Assembly: GCA_032127265.1 (NCBI GenBank)
Contig: JAQAZP010000103.1
Location: forward strand, 831 to 64,830
DNA from: Acidobacteriota bacterium
Lineage (GTDB): Bacteria > Acidobacteriota > JAQAZP01
Direction of reading: 5' to 3'
DNA length: 64,000 nucleotides
The notes under the pieces are model-generated. The model had not been told where the DNA came from. It was given only the letters and a program-made list of their open reading frames with translations, and ran no database searches. Positions 40,167-49,673 of this stretch are shown here, in pieces (position 1 is the stretch's first letter; every line of letters starts with the position of its first letter). The position numbers and the translations under genes were made by a program.

Positions 40167-40345
40167 TGTTCGAACCCTGTCCTTCCGTCGTTAATTCGCC
40201 AGTGAACCGGATGAACCCACTCGGCCCGCTCCGGCCCGGGCCCACCCCTTTCCCGCAGGGGGACCCGACACTTGGCAGAAGACTAGTCAAACGGTTATAT
40301 TACCATAAAACATGTCATTTCATCGCATCAAAACTACAATCCAGG

Positions 40346-42157
40346 TCACCGATACAGCCCGATCTCCCTGAGCAGCGACATCTTCTCCTCCAGAAGCTCC
40401 CGCTGCAGGTCCTGGTTGGCGGCTGCCTCGGGGTCCTTGAGCCGCCGCTGGACAACCTTCAGCCGTTCCTGGAGCAGCGAGGTGAGCACCGCTCCCAGGC
40501 AACTCTCCGCCTCTTCGTGGGGGTCAAAAGCCGTCCCACCATTGCCGTTGGCTTCCACCGGTTCCTGGGCGATGGCCGCCAGCATTTCGCGCATCCCCCC
40601 GGATTCCGGCAGCATCTCGTGGACCCGGGGCACAGTTACCTCCTCTCCGCTGCCCGCCAGATCCGCCATCCTGCCGATTATCTGCCCGCAGACCAGTCGC
40701 CCCAGGTCGTGCCCCTTGAGCAATTTCAGAGCGCGGGTGCGGACCATCGGGTAACTGATCATCAGCGCCAGCAGGCGCTTTTCGGCAATGCCAGGTTGTT
40801 GCGCCGCCATGGGCCGGGAGTCACGGATCGGCTCGCGCCGCTGCAGACCCTGGGACATCTGCAGCAGTTTTTCCAGCACCAGCCCCTCCTCCACCCGCGC
40901 CCGCTGGGAAATCAGGGGCAAATATTCCCGCTGCTTGATCTTCTCCGGCACCGAGAGGAGAAAGGGCAGCACATCCTCGACAATCGCCAGTTTGCCACCC
41001 GGCAGGTTCAGATCGTGCCGGCCCAGACTGCGATTGAGCAGGTGCTCGAAGAAAGGCAGCGCCCGCTCGAGAAGTTCGCCGAAAGCCCCGGCGCCGTGAG
41101 CGCGGATGTAATCGTCCGGATCCTCGCCCCGGGGCAGGTCCACCACCTGAACCTCGAAGCCCTCCTTGAGAAAGATGTGGATGCTGCGCCGCGAGGCCTC
41201 GTCGCCGGCCTGGTCGGGGTCGAAGCTGATCAACACCCGCCTGGCGTAGCGCGAGAGCAGCCGGGCCTGACCTTCGGTAAGACTGGTGCCCAGCGGGGCC
41301 ACCACGTTGGTTACCCCGGCCCGGGAGACCTGGATCACGTCGAAATATCCCTCCACCACCACTGCCGCGCCCTTCTCGCGGATCGCCTTGCCGGCCAGGT
41401 CGAGGCCGTAGAGTTGCTCTCCCTTGCGGTAGATCAGTGTCTCGGGGGAGTTGAGGAACTTGGGATCCCGCGGCCCCGGTTCACCATTGACCCTTCCGCC
41501 AAAAGCGATGATATTGCCCTGGGGGTCCCTGATGGGGATGGTGATCCGGTTGCGAAACCGGTCGTAGTGGCCCTGCTCGCTGCTTCGGGATACGGCAAGA
41601 CCGCACTTTTCCAATTCGGCGGATGAAACGGAGACGCGCCCCGCCTCCTTGACCAGCCCGTCCCAGCCGGCCGGAGCATAGCCCAGGCCAAAGGTCTCGG
41701 CGGCCTCCTTGCCCAGCCCCCGTTTTTCCAGATACTCGGCCACCTTGCGGCCCTCACTGGTCTCAACCAGGCAACGGCGGAAGAATTCCTGGGCCAGGCG
41801 GTGGATCTTCCGCGCCCGCTCCCGGTCGCTGACGCTGGCCCCGGGCCGGCCGCCGGACCGCCGCGGCAGTTCGATTCCCGCCTTTTCGGCCAGCTGACCC
41901 AGCGCCTCGGGGAACTCGAGGTTCTCGATCAGCATCAGGAACTTGTAGACGTCCCCGCCCCGGTTGCAGCCGAAGCAGTAGAACATCTGGCGGTCTTCGC
42001 TCACCGAGAACGAGGGGGCCTTCTCGCCGTGGAAGGGGCATAGCCCCATCATCTTCGTCCCCGCCTTGCGCAGCTGGACATACTGTCCGACAAGGGAAAC
42101 GATGTTGGTCGCCCCGCGAACCTGCTCCACGATTGCCCTGTCATCCAGAGTGTTCAA
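40346..42157 (-). CDS. dnaG: DNA primase
   Basis: Zinc-ribbon CPFHGEKAPSFSV...FYCFGCNRGGD, TOPRIM domain. Classic dnaG-rpoD linkage. Confidence 0.95.
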   Translation of the reverse strand: MNTLDDRAIVEQVRGATNIVSLVGQYVQLRKAGTKMMGLCPFHGEKAPSFSVSEDRQMFYCFGCNRGGDVYKFLMLIENLEFPEALGQLAEKAGIELPRRSGGRPGASVSDRERARKIHRLAQEFFRRCLVETSEGRKVAEYLEKRGLGKEAAETFGLGYAPAGWDGLVKEAGRVSVSSAELEKCGLAVSRSSEQGHYDRFRNRITIPIRDPQGNIIAFGGRVNGEPGPRDPKFLNSPETLIYRKGEQLYGLDLAGKAIREKGAAVVVEGYFDVIQVSRAGVTNVVAPLGTSLTEGQARLLSRYARRVLISFDPDQAGDEASRRSIHIFLKEGFEVQVVDLPRGEDPDDYIRAHGAGAFGELLERALPFFEHLLNRSLGRHDLNLPGGKLAIVEDVLPFLLSVPEKIKQREYLPLISQRARVEEGLVLEKLLQMSQGLQRREPIRDSRPMAAQQPGIAEKRLLALMISYPMVRTRALKLLKGHDLGRLVCGQIIGRMADLAGSGEEVTVPRVHEMLPESGGMREMLAAIAQEPVEANGNGGTAFDPHEEAESCLGAVLTSLLQERLKVVQRRLKDPEAAANQDLQRELLEEKMSLLREIGLYR

Positions 42158-42164
42158 CCCGTCC

Positions 42165-44654
42165 CTACTCCTTCAACTGCACAACGGTCACTCCGCTGCC
42201 GCCTTCCTGCTGGGCCGCCGCCCGAAACCCGGCCACGTGGGGATGACCATCCAGCAGCTCGGCCACCGCCCGGCGCAGCGCACCGGTGCCGTGCCCGTGG
42301 ATCACCCGCACCGTCTGAAGCCCGGAGATCGTGGCATCGTCGAGGAACTTGTCCACCAGGGGCAGGGCCTCTTCCACCCGCTGCCCGATCACTTTCAGCT
42401 CATTCCCCGACAGCATGTCACCGCGGCCCACCAGCTCGATCTGCGCCGTGTCGCCGATGGTGAACCCGCCGCCGCCGGACACCGGCCCGGCCGATTTCTT
42501 CGTGGCGGCCTCAACCGGTGCGTCACCCGCGATGAGGTTCTGGCGAAAGACGGTCATCCGCTTGCCCTCCACGGTGAGCACCGTTTCGCCCCGCTCGACG
42601 TGGTCGCTGACCACCGTGCCGCGAAGTGAGGTGTTGCGCAGCTTCACCCGCTCCCCCGGCTCCAGGGGGCGGGTGGGCGCGGCCTCCTCGCCCCGGGTGG
42701 GGGTAAGGGCCCCGCGGGTCTCGCTCACCGCGCCGGCCAGGCGATTCCGCTCGCGGTCCGCCGCGGCACGGACCTTCTCCGCCACGGCCCGGTCTTTCAG
42801 GCCGGCCACCAGTTCCTCCACCTGCCTGCTGAACCGGGCCAGCACCTTCTCCGCCTCTTCCATGCTGCCGGCCAGGAACTCGTTTTCCCGCTGGATGAAC
42901 GCTTTCTGCTCCCGTTCCTTCTCCTGCACCAGCTGCTGCAGGCGGTCCCGTTCGGCTTTGACCGATTCTTCCTCGCGCCGGGCGCGGGCCAGGGTCTCCT
43001 CCAGCCGGGCCACCATCTGTTCCACCCTCCGGTCCTGGTCACCGAGATAGGCCCGGGCCTGATCGATGATCTCCCCGGGGAATCCCACGGTCTCGGCCAC
43101 GCGAAAGGCATTGGAGCTGCCCGGGACACCCAGAATCAGCTTGAAGGAGGGCGTCAGGGTCTCCTCGTCAAAGGACATGGAGCCGTTGACCACCCCGTCG
43201 GTGGCAAAGGCATAGGACTTCAATGCCTGGTGGTGGGTGGTGGCCAGGGTCCAGGCCCCGCGGGCGTGGAAGTGGTCGAGGATCGCCATGGCCAGCGCCG
43301 CCCCCTCCGCCGGGTCGGTGCCCGAACCGATCTCGTCCAGCAGAACCAGGGACGGCGGTTCGAGACTGCTGATGATGCGGTTGATGCCGGTGAGCCGCGC
43401 GGTGAAGGTGCTGAGGTTGGCGATGATGTCCTGACGGTCGCCGATATGCGCGGCCACCGCTTTAAATACCGGCAGCACGCTCCCCTCCCCCACCACCGGC
43501 GGCAGGCCGCTCTGCAGCATCAGCACCGCCAGCCCGGCCGTCTTCAGCGCCACGGTCTTTCCACCGGCGTTGGGCCCGGTGATCACCATCGAGCGGGCCC
43601 CCTCTTCCAGCACCAGGTCCAGCGGGACCACGCGGTCCACCGGCGACGACCCGGCCAGCCCGGAGGTGAGGCCCACCGCGCGGCGCTGCCCGGCCAGCCG
43701 TTCATCCAGCAGCGGGTGCCTGGCGCCCACCAGCTTGAAGTCCTCCCCGGCAGCGGCGATACTGGGGCGCGCCGATTGGGCCGCCTCGGCGAATTTCGCC
43801 TTGCCGGCGAGGAAGTCGAACCGTGAGAGCCCCTGCACGAGAACGGCCAATTCGTCGCGGCGCTCCCGGATCTGGTGGGTCAGGGCCAAAAGGATCCTGG
43901 CACATTCCTGCCGCTCCTCCTCGCGGGCCATGATCAGCTTGTTGTTCACCTCCACCGTCTGGAACGGCTCGACAAAGAAGGTGGCCTCGGTGGAGGACCG
44001 GCCGTGGACGATGCCGGGCACCGCGTTCTTGTGCTCCGATTTGACCAGCACCACGTAGCGGTCGTCGCGCAGGGTGATGTAATCCTCCTGCAGGATGTGG
44101 GACAGGTCTTTCTCCCCGGTGAGCCGCTCGAGACGCTTGACGATCTCGCCGCGCAGCGATTTGAGGCTTTGCCGGATCCGGGCCAGCTCGGGCGAGGCGT
44201 TGTCCAGCAGCTCGCCCTTGCGGTTGATCACCCTGCGCACCGCCCGGACCATCTCAGACAAGTCGGGGAGAATCGCCGATTCGGCGGCCAGCCGCGGGCA
44301 GCGTCCGGCCAGGTCGCCCACCCCTTCGCGGATCCGCCGGCCGGCCTCGGCGTTGAGCACCATGATCAGGAATTCGGCCGGCTCGAGGCTCCGGTTGACC
44401 ACCCGCAGCTTGGGCAGCACCCCCTCCAGGGCTTCCACCCCGGTGAGGTCCAGCTCGAACCCGCCGGCCAGGGCATCCCGCATCTCCCAGGTGACCGCCT
44501 GCTCGCCGGCCACCCATTCAGGGTCACGGCTGAACGTGGCGGCCTCCACGGCGGAAGCTCCAAGCGGGGTCTGGCAGAACAGGGCGACAATCCGCCGGAC
44601 CTTGTCCAACTCGAGCAGGGACACCACTTCCTCGAGATTCATCGCGCTATCCAT
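42165..44654 (-). CDS. mutS2: endonuclease MutS2 (MutS domains plus C-terminal Smr)
   Basis: Walker A GPNAGGKT, Walker B/ABC signature region, and a C-terminal Smr domain (VRVIHGHGTGALRRAV). Confidence 0.9.
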   Translation of the reverse strand: MDSAMNLEEVVSLLELDKVRRIVALFCQTPLGASAVEAATFSRDPEWVAGEQAVTWEMRDALAGGFELDLTGVEALEGVLPKLRVVNRSLEPAEFLIMVLNAEAGRRIREGVGDLAGRCPRLAAESAILPDLSEMVRAVRRVINRKGELLDNASPELARIRQSLKSLRGEIVKRLERLTGEKDLSHILQEDYITLRDDRYVVLVKSEHKNAVPGIVHGRSSTEATFFVEPFQTVEVNNKLIMAREEERQECARILLALTHQIRERRDELAVLVQGLSRFDFLAGKAKFAEAAQSARPSIAAAGEDFKLVGARHPLLDERLAGQRRAVGLTSGLAGSSPVDRVVPLDLVLEEGARSMVITGPNAGGKTVALKTAGLAVLMLQSGLPPVVGEGSVLPVFKAVAAHIGDRQDIIANLSTFTARLTGINRIISSLEPPSLVLLDEIGSGTDPAEGAALAMAILDHFHARGAWTLATTHHQALKSYAFATDGVVNGSMSFDEETLTPSFKLILGVPGSSNAFRVAETVGFPGEIIDQARAYLGDQDRRVEQMVARLEETLARARREEESVKAERDRLQQLVQEKEREQKAFIQRENEFLAGSMEEAEKVLARFSRQVEELVAGLKDRAVAEKVRAAADRERNRLAGAVSETRGALTPTRGEEAAPTRPLEPGERVKLRNTSLRGTVVSDHVERGETVLTVEGKRMTVFRQNLIAGDAPVEAATKKSAGPVSGGGGFTIGDTAQIELVGRGDMLSGNELKVIGQRVEEALPLVDKFLDDATISGLQTVRVIHGHGTGALRRAVAELLDGHPHVAGFRAAAQQEGGSGVTVVQLKE

Positions 44655-44980
44655 AATGAATGTTTCACCGGAATGGTACAGATCACCGGCCTCTTGGGGA
44701 AGATCGCCCAGGGGAGGGGCTTGGAACCCGCCGGATCACCCCCGGTTCTTCTGACCCGGCATAGAAAAATCCCCAGCGGCGCAGCGTCGATCGGGGATAA
44801 ATGCCGGAATTCATGACCTCAAGTCTGAACGGAAGAATATAGGTTTCGGTCAGCGAAGTTGTCAAGATAAAATCGTCAAAAAACTGTCATTTTGCCGCAT
44901 AATCGGGAGTCCTGCCCCTTCTATGATGCTTTTGAATATTCGCCAACTTCTTTTGTCAGCCGGTCTCCGAGTCGGTCTAT

Positions 44981-45082
44981 TTAGAGGTCCAGCTCATAGT
45001 CCAGCTGCAGGCCAAGCCAGAATTCTGGCGGCATCTTGAAGTATTTTGCCAAACGGAGCGCGGTATCAGCGGTTACAGCGCC
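44981..45082 (-). pseudogene. C-terminal remnant of a HigA/XRE-type antitoxin
   Basis: Minus-strand frame reads ...AVTADTALRLAKYFKMPPEFWLGLQLDYELDL*, the conserved tail of HigA-like antidotes. There is no in-frame N-terminal HTH or start; the frame runs into the stop of the VIT gene. Confidence 0.4.
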
Positions 45083-45131
45083 AGCGTGCAGGCAATCCGC
45101 TGCATGCTCCGGTTCGGCTTCTGCTGTCCGG

Positions 45132-45827
45132 TCATACGACAAGTCCAAAGACCTTACCCACGGCAGCGGTCAATGCCATCGCCAGCGTTCCCCAGAAACA
45201 GACTCGCACGGCACCCCGAACTGGCGCCGCGCCTCCTGCAACGGCCGCAATTGCTCCCAAAGCTCCCAACAGGACAATCGCCAAAACAGGAATGAGCCAC
45301 AGCAACGAAGAAACCGAAGCCATTGATGCGGTGGCAACGGGAACAGCAGCCCCAACGGTAAATGCTGTGGCAGACCAGAAGGCCGCCTGGAACGGGCGAG
45401 CACTTAACGCCGTGGTGATGCCAATCTCGTCCCGCGCGTGTGCGGCGAGTGCATCATGTTTCATCAACTGGCGCGCCACCTCGTCAGCGAGCGTGTCTTC
45501 TAAACCGCGATCCCGATAAATGGCCGCCAATTCTTTCTGCTCTTCGTCCTGGTTGTTTTCGAGTGCGTCGGTTTCCATCCTGATGTCCGCACTTTCGGTA
45601 TCCGCCTGGGACTGTACTGAAACGTATTCCCCGGCCGCCATAGACATTGCTCCCGCTACCAATCCGGCCGTGCCGGCCAGAACAATGCTACCCTTGCTTC
45701 CACCACCTGCAGCGACTCCCACAATCAGACTGGCCGTGGATACAATGCCGTCGTTGGCGCCCAGGACTGCTGCTCGCAGCCAGCCTGAACGGTGGATTCG
45801 ATGGTGTTCAGAATGTGTTGTCTTCAA
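45132..45827 (-). CDS. VIT1/CCC1-family iron/manganese transporter
   Basis: RAAVLGANDGIVSTASLIVGVAAG plus C-terminal TM helices. 231 aa. Confidence 0.8.
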   Translation of the reverse strand: MKTTHSEHHRIHRSGWLRAAVLGANDGIVSTASLIVGVAAGGGSKGSIVLAGTAGLVAGAMSMAAGEYVSVQSQADTESADIRMETDALENNQDEEQKELAAIYRDRGLEDTLADEVARQLMKHDALAAHARDEIGITTALSARPFQAAFWSATAFTVGAAVPVATASMASVSSLLWLIPVLAIVLLGALGAIAAVAGGAAPVRGAVRVCFWGTLAMALTAAVGKVFGLVV

Positions 45828-46004
45828 GTATTTTCTCGTGTTGTTTTAGTGCCGAACGCCCCGCATCAGCCGCAAGCCGAGACGGCGCGCTGGTTGCTTT
45901 GGACCGCCTTAAAGCCCCGTAACGAGCCTCTGATCAGCCGTTCGGTTTACAACCAGCGTGACGGAAGCGGCTTGACCGTTGAATGCGGTCGTTGGCCAGT
46001 TACT

Positions 46005-46382
46005 TTATATCTTCTTTGGAAAGTACTTGACGTCAGGCAAACCCTTGAAATCAATATCCTGCGTCCATAAAGTAGCTTCATATAATCGTGCCGTTGCCAG
46101 GATGATGCTGTCTGCCATGGGCAAAGAGTGCTTAATGCTGAATTTGGCGGCAGATAAAGAAAGCCCAGGCGTGAGTTCTGCCACGATGCCCCGTTGCATG
46201 GCACTGACAGCCTGAAGTGCTTCATGCTCACCACGTTCTCGAAGTACGACTTTGAAAACTTCATATAGTGCAACGGTAGGCATAACCAGAGATTCAATAT
46301 CTTTCAGTGCAGGCAGGAAGTGTTTTGCATTCCTCCCGTCGGCGAAGTACTCAAGCCACCCGGAGGAGTCGACGATGTTCAT
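46005..46382 (-). CDS. vapC: VapC PIN-domain toxin
   Basis: MNIVDSSGWLEYF..., PIN acidic residues D5, E and D near the C-terminus, 125 aa. Overlaps vapB by 4 nt. Confidence 0.85.
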   Translation of the reverse strand: MNIVDSSGWLEYFADGRNAKHFLPALKDIESLVMPTVALYEVFKVVLRERGEHEALQAVSAMQRGIVAELTPGLSLSAAKFSIKHSLPMADSIILATARLYEATLWTQDIDFKGLPDVKYFPKKI

Positions 46383-46585
46383 ACCCTGTCTTCCTCCCGC
46401 TCAAATTCTGTGTTGATTCCTTTCAAAAATCCACGTAGCTCTTCGATATCACGCTCTGGAATCAGCTCAACTCTGCCATCATACTCAACAACCTGCATTT
46501 TCTGTCCTGGCCGGAGGCGCAAGTTATCTCGGATTGGCCGCGGGATAACGACCTGATATTTGGGGGATACAGTTACGGTGATCAT
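46379..46585 (-). CDS. vapB: VapB antitoxin (AbrB/SpoVT/MazE-fold)
   Basis: MITVTVSPKYQVVIPRPIRDNLRLRPGQKM matches the swapped-hairpin DNA-binding motif. 68 aa. Confidence 0.8.
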   Translation of the reverse strand: MITVTVSPKYQVVIPRPIRDNLRLRPGQKMQVVEYDGRVELIPERDIEELRGFLKGINTEFEREEDRV

Positions 46586-46594
46586 GTTCTTTCC

Positions 46595-46634
46595 TCCATC
46601 GATGCATATCGGTATTACATTACATCCATCGATG
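46595..46634. promoter_or_regulatory. 9-bp inverted repeat (ccatcgatg-N21-catcgatgg) immediately upstream of vapB, candidate operator
   Basis: Read from the sequence. TA loci are typically autoregulated by the antitoxin binding palindromes in their promoter. Confidence 0.35.
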
Positions 46635-47075
46635 GCGATTCGTCAAGTAATATTTTTTTGGCCACCAATTAATTATCTGGATATCCGTATATTCACATCC
46701 TCAAGTTATTTTATAACTCGTTCCAGGCTCTGATTGGCTTGGTTCGATGATGGCATGAGACCTGCATAACTAGCTGAAGAATCTAGTAGATATTACCCTT
46801 GCTGGGCGATAATGACAAGTGTTTGCGTAATGTACAATGGCTCATGCGTCCAGATAAGCCCGGCAGGGCGTTGATATGTGGAAGGTAAGGGCGAACATGA
46901 GATCAGCACGGTTTGGTTATCCTGATAGCAATGATGTCTGTATATGCACGAAATCTCGTGCTTATCTGGAAAGGATGCTGGCTGAAACCAGCTTATCCAC
47001 AAGTGATGAGGTGTAATCGCGTCCGAAGAGCAGGAAGGCCTGGCGGGGTTTGCCTCCTGGCTCCGTGAGCGGTGG

Positions 47076-47519
47076 ATGGCCCGCGAAAACCGGGTCCCCT
47101 ACTTCCTGAAATGGGTCCAACGGTTTCTCGGTTTGGCCCGGGCCAGACCGGGGGAATCCTGGCACGATTCCCTGCGCATCTTCCTCGAGGACCTGGAAGC
47201 GGGCGGAGCGCCCGACTGGCAGGTCCGCCAGGCCGCCGATGCGGTGAGCCTGTACCACGGTCAGTTTCTGGAGTCCGCCGGTGGGCGATTGACCGCCGAG
47301 GGAACCGAGCCCGGCCCGAAGGAGGATGGTCCACCATCTCCCGATGAGAAGCCGCCGGTCGATTCACCTTTTGATCGCGCTACGCCTGCCGATCCGAGAG
47401 TGATCGTGAACGAGCTCGAGCGACCCTGCTTTCGCCACTTTTCCGGATTCCGGCAGCTTACCCGGATCTGGAATGGCCGGACATCGGGAAGTCTCTTCAC
47501 TCTGCGGCAGAAACTTTGA
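47076..47519 (+). pseudogene. truncated tyrosine-recombinase gene, integron-integrase (IntI)-like N-terminal SAM-like domain only
   Basis: YFLKWVQRFL...WHDSLRIFLEDLEA...QVRQAADAVSLYHGQFL parallels IntI (YVHWVRAFIRF...EVEAFLSWLA...QALAALLFFYGKVL). After about 70 aa the frame becomes low-complexity (Pro/Glu-rich) and stops. The catalytic domain is absent. Confidence 0.45.
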
Positions 47520-47736
47520 GAGAGTGCGGGCCCCGGCGGTCCGGCCTGCCCCGCACCATCGGTCGCACGGTACTTCACCGGGGGAAACAGGGCCGAAACA
47601 GGGGTAAGTAATTGATCCCCGGGAGCCAATTTGTAAAAATATGTTATAGTTATGAGTTAACAGGAGAAACAGCGTGGTAGTTTGCGGCAGCCGAGGGGCT
47701 GTTGTTCGTGAACTCCGTTCTGTATCGGAAAGTAAC

Positions 47737-48429
47737 ATGGGAAAAAACGAAAACAAGCCGGGTAACGGGGTCGCTGTCCCCTTCAGGATCAGGGACTGCG
47801 CCCTGATCCCGCTGGCCACAGGCCAGAAGGCGCAGAACCTCAAGGAACTGCACCACTTGCTGCAGGAGGCCGATGCCGGTTGCATCTACTACGCCTTCTG
47901 GGGCGGCCTGCTCAAGCCGGGGTTCGAGAACCCGGAGTATGCCAACGATTTTGCTGCCTGGGCCCACCGGGCCCTGCACGACGACGTGCTGGCGGAGAAG
48001 TTGGGGGTAATCGACCCCACCGAGTTCGACGACCTGGAGTCGCTGCGCCGGGAACTGCTGGACGTGATCGAGGAACACCTGGACACCATCGAGATTATCA
48101 CCTGGACCCGGCGGGACCAGCAGTTCAACTTTATTACCTCCCAGATCGTGGTCTTCGACGCCCAGCGGGAGATCACCGAGCCGCGGCAGCTCGCCGAGGT
48201 GGTGGGCGGGATGAGCAGCAGCAGCATCTTCTACCACTTCATCGACGCCCGCCGGCGGTCCGAGGAGGCGAACGACGATTTCGGATCCTGGCTCAGCGGC
48301 TTCGGGGACCAGTACTGGGATCTGCAGCGCTTGCTGGCCGAGGTGGACCCCTACTTTTCCACCCTGGTGGAACTTCGTGACCAGCTTGCCACGCTTTTCG
48401 AAAACTATTTCACCGCCAATCGGCACTGA
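47737..48429 (+). CDS. conserved hypothetical protein, likely a partner of the downstream TreT-like glycosyltransferase
   Basis: Start taken at MGKNENKPG (ATG 47737). Ends 5 nt before the GT4 gene. No catalytic motif recognised. Confidence 0.5.
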   Translation: MGKNENKPGNGVAVPFRIRDCALIPLATGQKAQNLKELHHLLQEADAGCIYYAFWGGLLKPGFENPEYANDFAAWAHRALHDDVLAEKLGVIDPTEFDDLESLRRELLDVIEEHLDTIEIITWTRRDQQFNFITSQIVVFDAQREITEPRQLAEVVGGMSSSSIFYHFIDARRRSEEANDDFGSWLSGFGDQYWDLQRLLAEVDPYFSTLVELRDQLATLFENYFTANRH

Positions 48430-48434
48430 GGACC

Positions 48435-49667
48435 ATGCTCGAAGAATATACAGACATCGTCGGCAGGGACGTCATCGATCACCTGCGGCAGCTGGTGGCC
48501 CCGATGCGCGGGATCAAGGTGGTTCACGTCAACTCCACCCGCGAGGGCGGGGGCGTGGCCGAGATCCTGCACAAGCTGGTGCCTCTGCAGCAAGACCTGG
48601 GGATCGATTCCTCCTGGGAGGTGATCACCGGCAACCCCGACTTCTACCACTGCACCAAGAACTTCCACAACGGGCTCCAGGGCAACCGGGTGGTGCTGAC
48701 GGACAGCCAGCTGCGCAACTACATGAAGACCAACGAGGAAAACTGCGAACGGCTGCGGGGGACACTGGCCGAGGCTGACATGGTCTTTATCCACGACCCG
48801 CAGCCGGCGGCCTTCCTCCGCTACTGCCCCGAACGGAAGGGCAAGTGGGTCTGGCGCTGTCACATCGACGCCAGCACACCCTACCGCCCGGTGTGGCGGT
48901 TTCTCCGCGACCTGGTCAAGGATTACGACGCCAGCATCTTCTCCCTGGCCGCCTTTGCCAAGCGCCTGCCGCATCCGATCTACCTCATCCCGCCCAGCAT
49001 CGATCCGCTGACCGACAAGAACATCGACCTCGAGGATGCAGAGGTCAACCAGCTCTACCCCAGGTTCGGCCTCGATCCCGACCGGCCGATCATGACCCAG
49101 GTCTCCCGCTTCGACCGCTTCAAGGACCCGCTGGGGGTGGTCCAGGCCTACCGGCTGACCAAGAAGTTCCACCCCACGCTCCAGCTGGTGCTGGCCGGCG
49201 GCGGAGCCAGCGACGACCCGGAAGGGGCGGTAGTGCTGGACGAGGTGAACCAGGCCTGCCACGGGGACAAGGACGCCCACGTGCTGATGCTGCCCCCCGA
49301 CGCCCACCGGACAATCAACGGCCTCCAGCGTCTCTCGGACATCATGCTGCAGAAATCGATCCGCGAGGGATTCGGTCTGACGGTGACCGAGGCGATGTGG
49401 AAGGGCAAGCCGGTGATCGGGGGCAATACCGGTGGAATCCGCCTGCAGGTGGTGAACCACCACACCGGCTTCCTAGTCAGTTCGCCCGAGGGCGCCGCCC
49501 TGCGGATCCGCTACATGCTGCGCCACCGCGACCGGACGCTGGAAATGGGCCGCAAGGCCCGCGAGTTCGTGCGGGAGAATTTTCTGCTCACCCGGCTGCT
49601 CAGGGAACACCTGACACTGATGGCGGCGCTGAACAACGGCATCAAGGACCGCATCGAGCTGAACTGA
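48435..49667 (+). CDS. GT4-family glycosyltransferase, TreT / glucosyl-glycerate-synthase-like
   Basis: 410 aa GT-B enzyme with the EGFGLTVTEAMWKGKPVIGGNTGG signature. Confidence 0.7.
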   Translation: MLEEYTDIVGRDVIDHLRQLVAPMRGIKVVHVNSTREGGGVAEILHKLVPLQQDLGIDSSWEVITGNPDFYHCTKNFHNGLQGNRVVLTDSQLRNYMKTNEENCERLRGTLAEADMVFIHDPQPAAFLRYCPERKGKWVWRCHIDASTPYRPVWRFLRDLVKDYDASIFSLAAFAKRLPHPIYLIPPSIDPLTDKNIDLEDAEVNQLYPRFGLDPDRPIMTQVSRFDRFKDPLGVVQAYRLTKKFHPTLQLVLAGGGASDDPEGAVVLDEVNQACHGDKDAHVLMLPPDAHRTINGLQRLSDIMLQKSIREGFGLTVTEAMWKGKPVIGGNTGGIRLQVVNHHTGFLVSSPEGAALRIRYMLRHRDRTLEMGRKAREFVRENFLLTRLLREHLTLMAALNNGIKDRIELN

Positions 49668-49673
49668 CAGATC

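Noticed and set aside
45830-46004. attC recombination site downstream of vapC
   Set aside because: The region has partial palindromes (ccgttcgg...ccgttgaa), but I could not place convincing R''/L''/L'/R' boxes or the GTTRRRY core by eye, so it is not reported as a feature.
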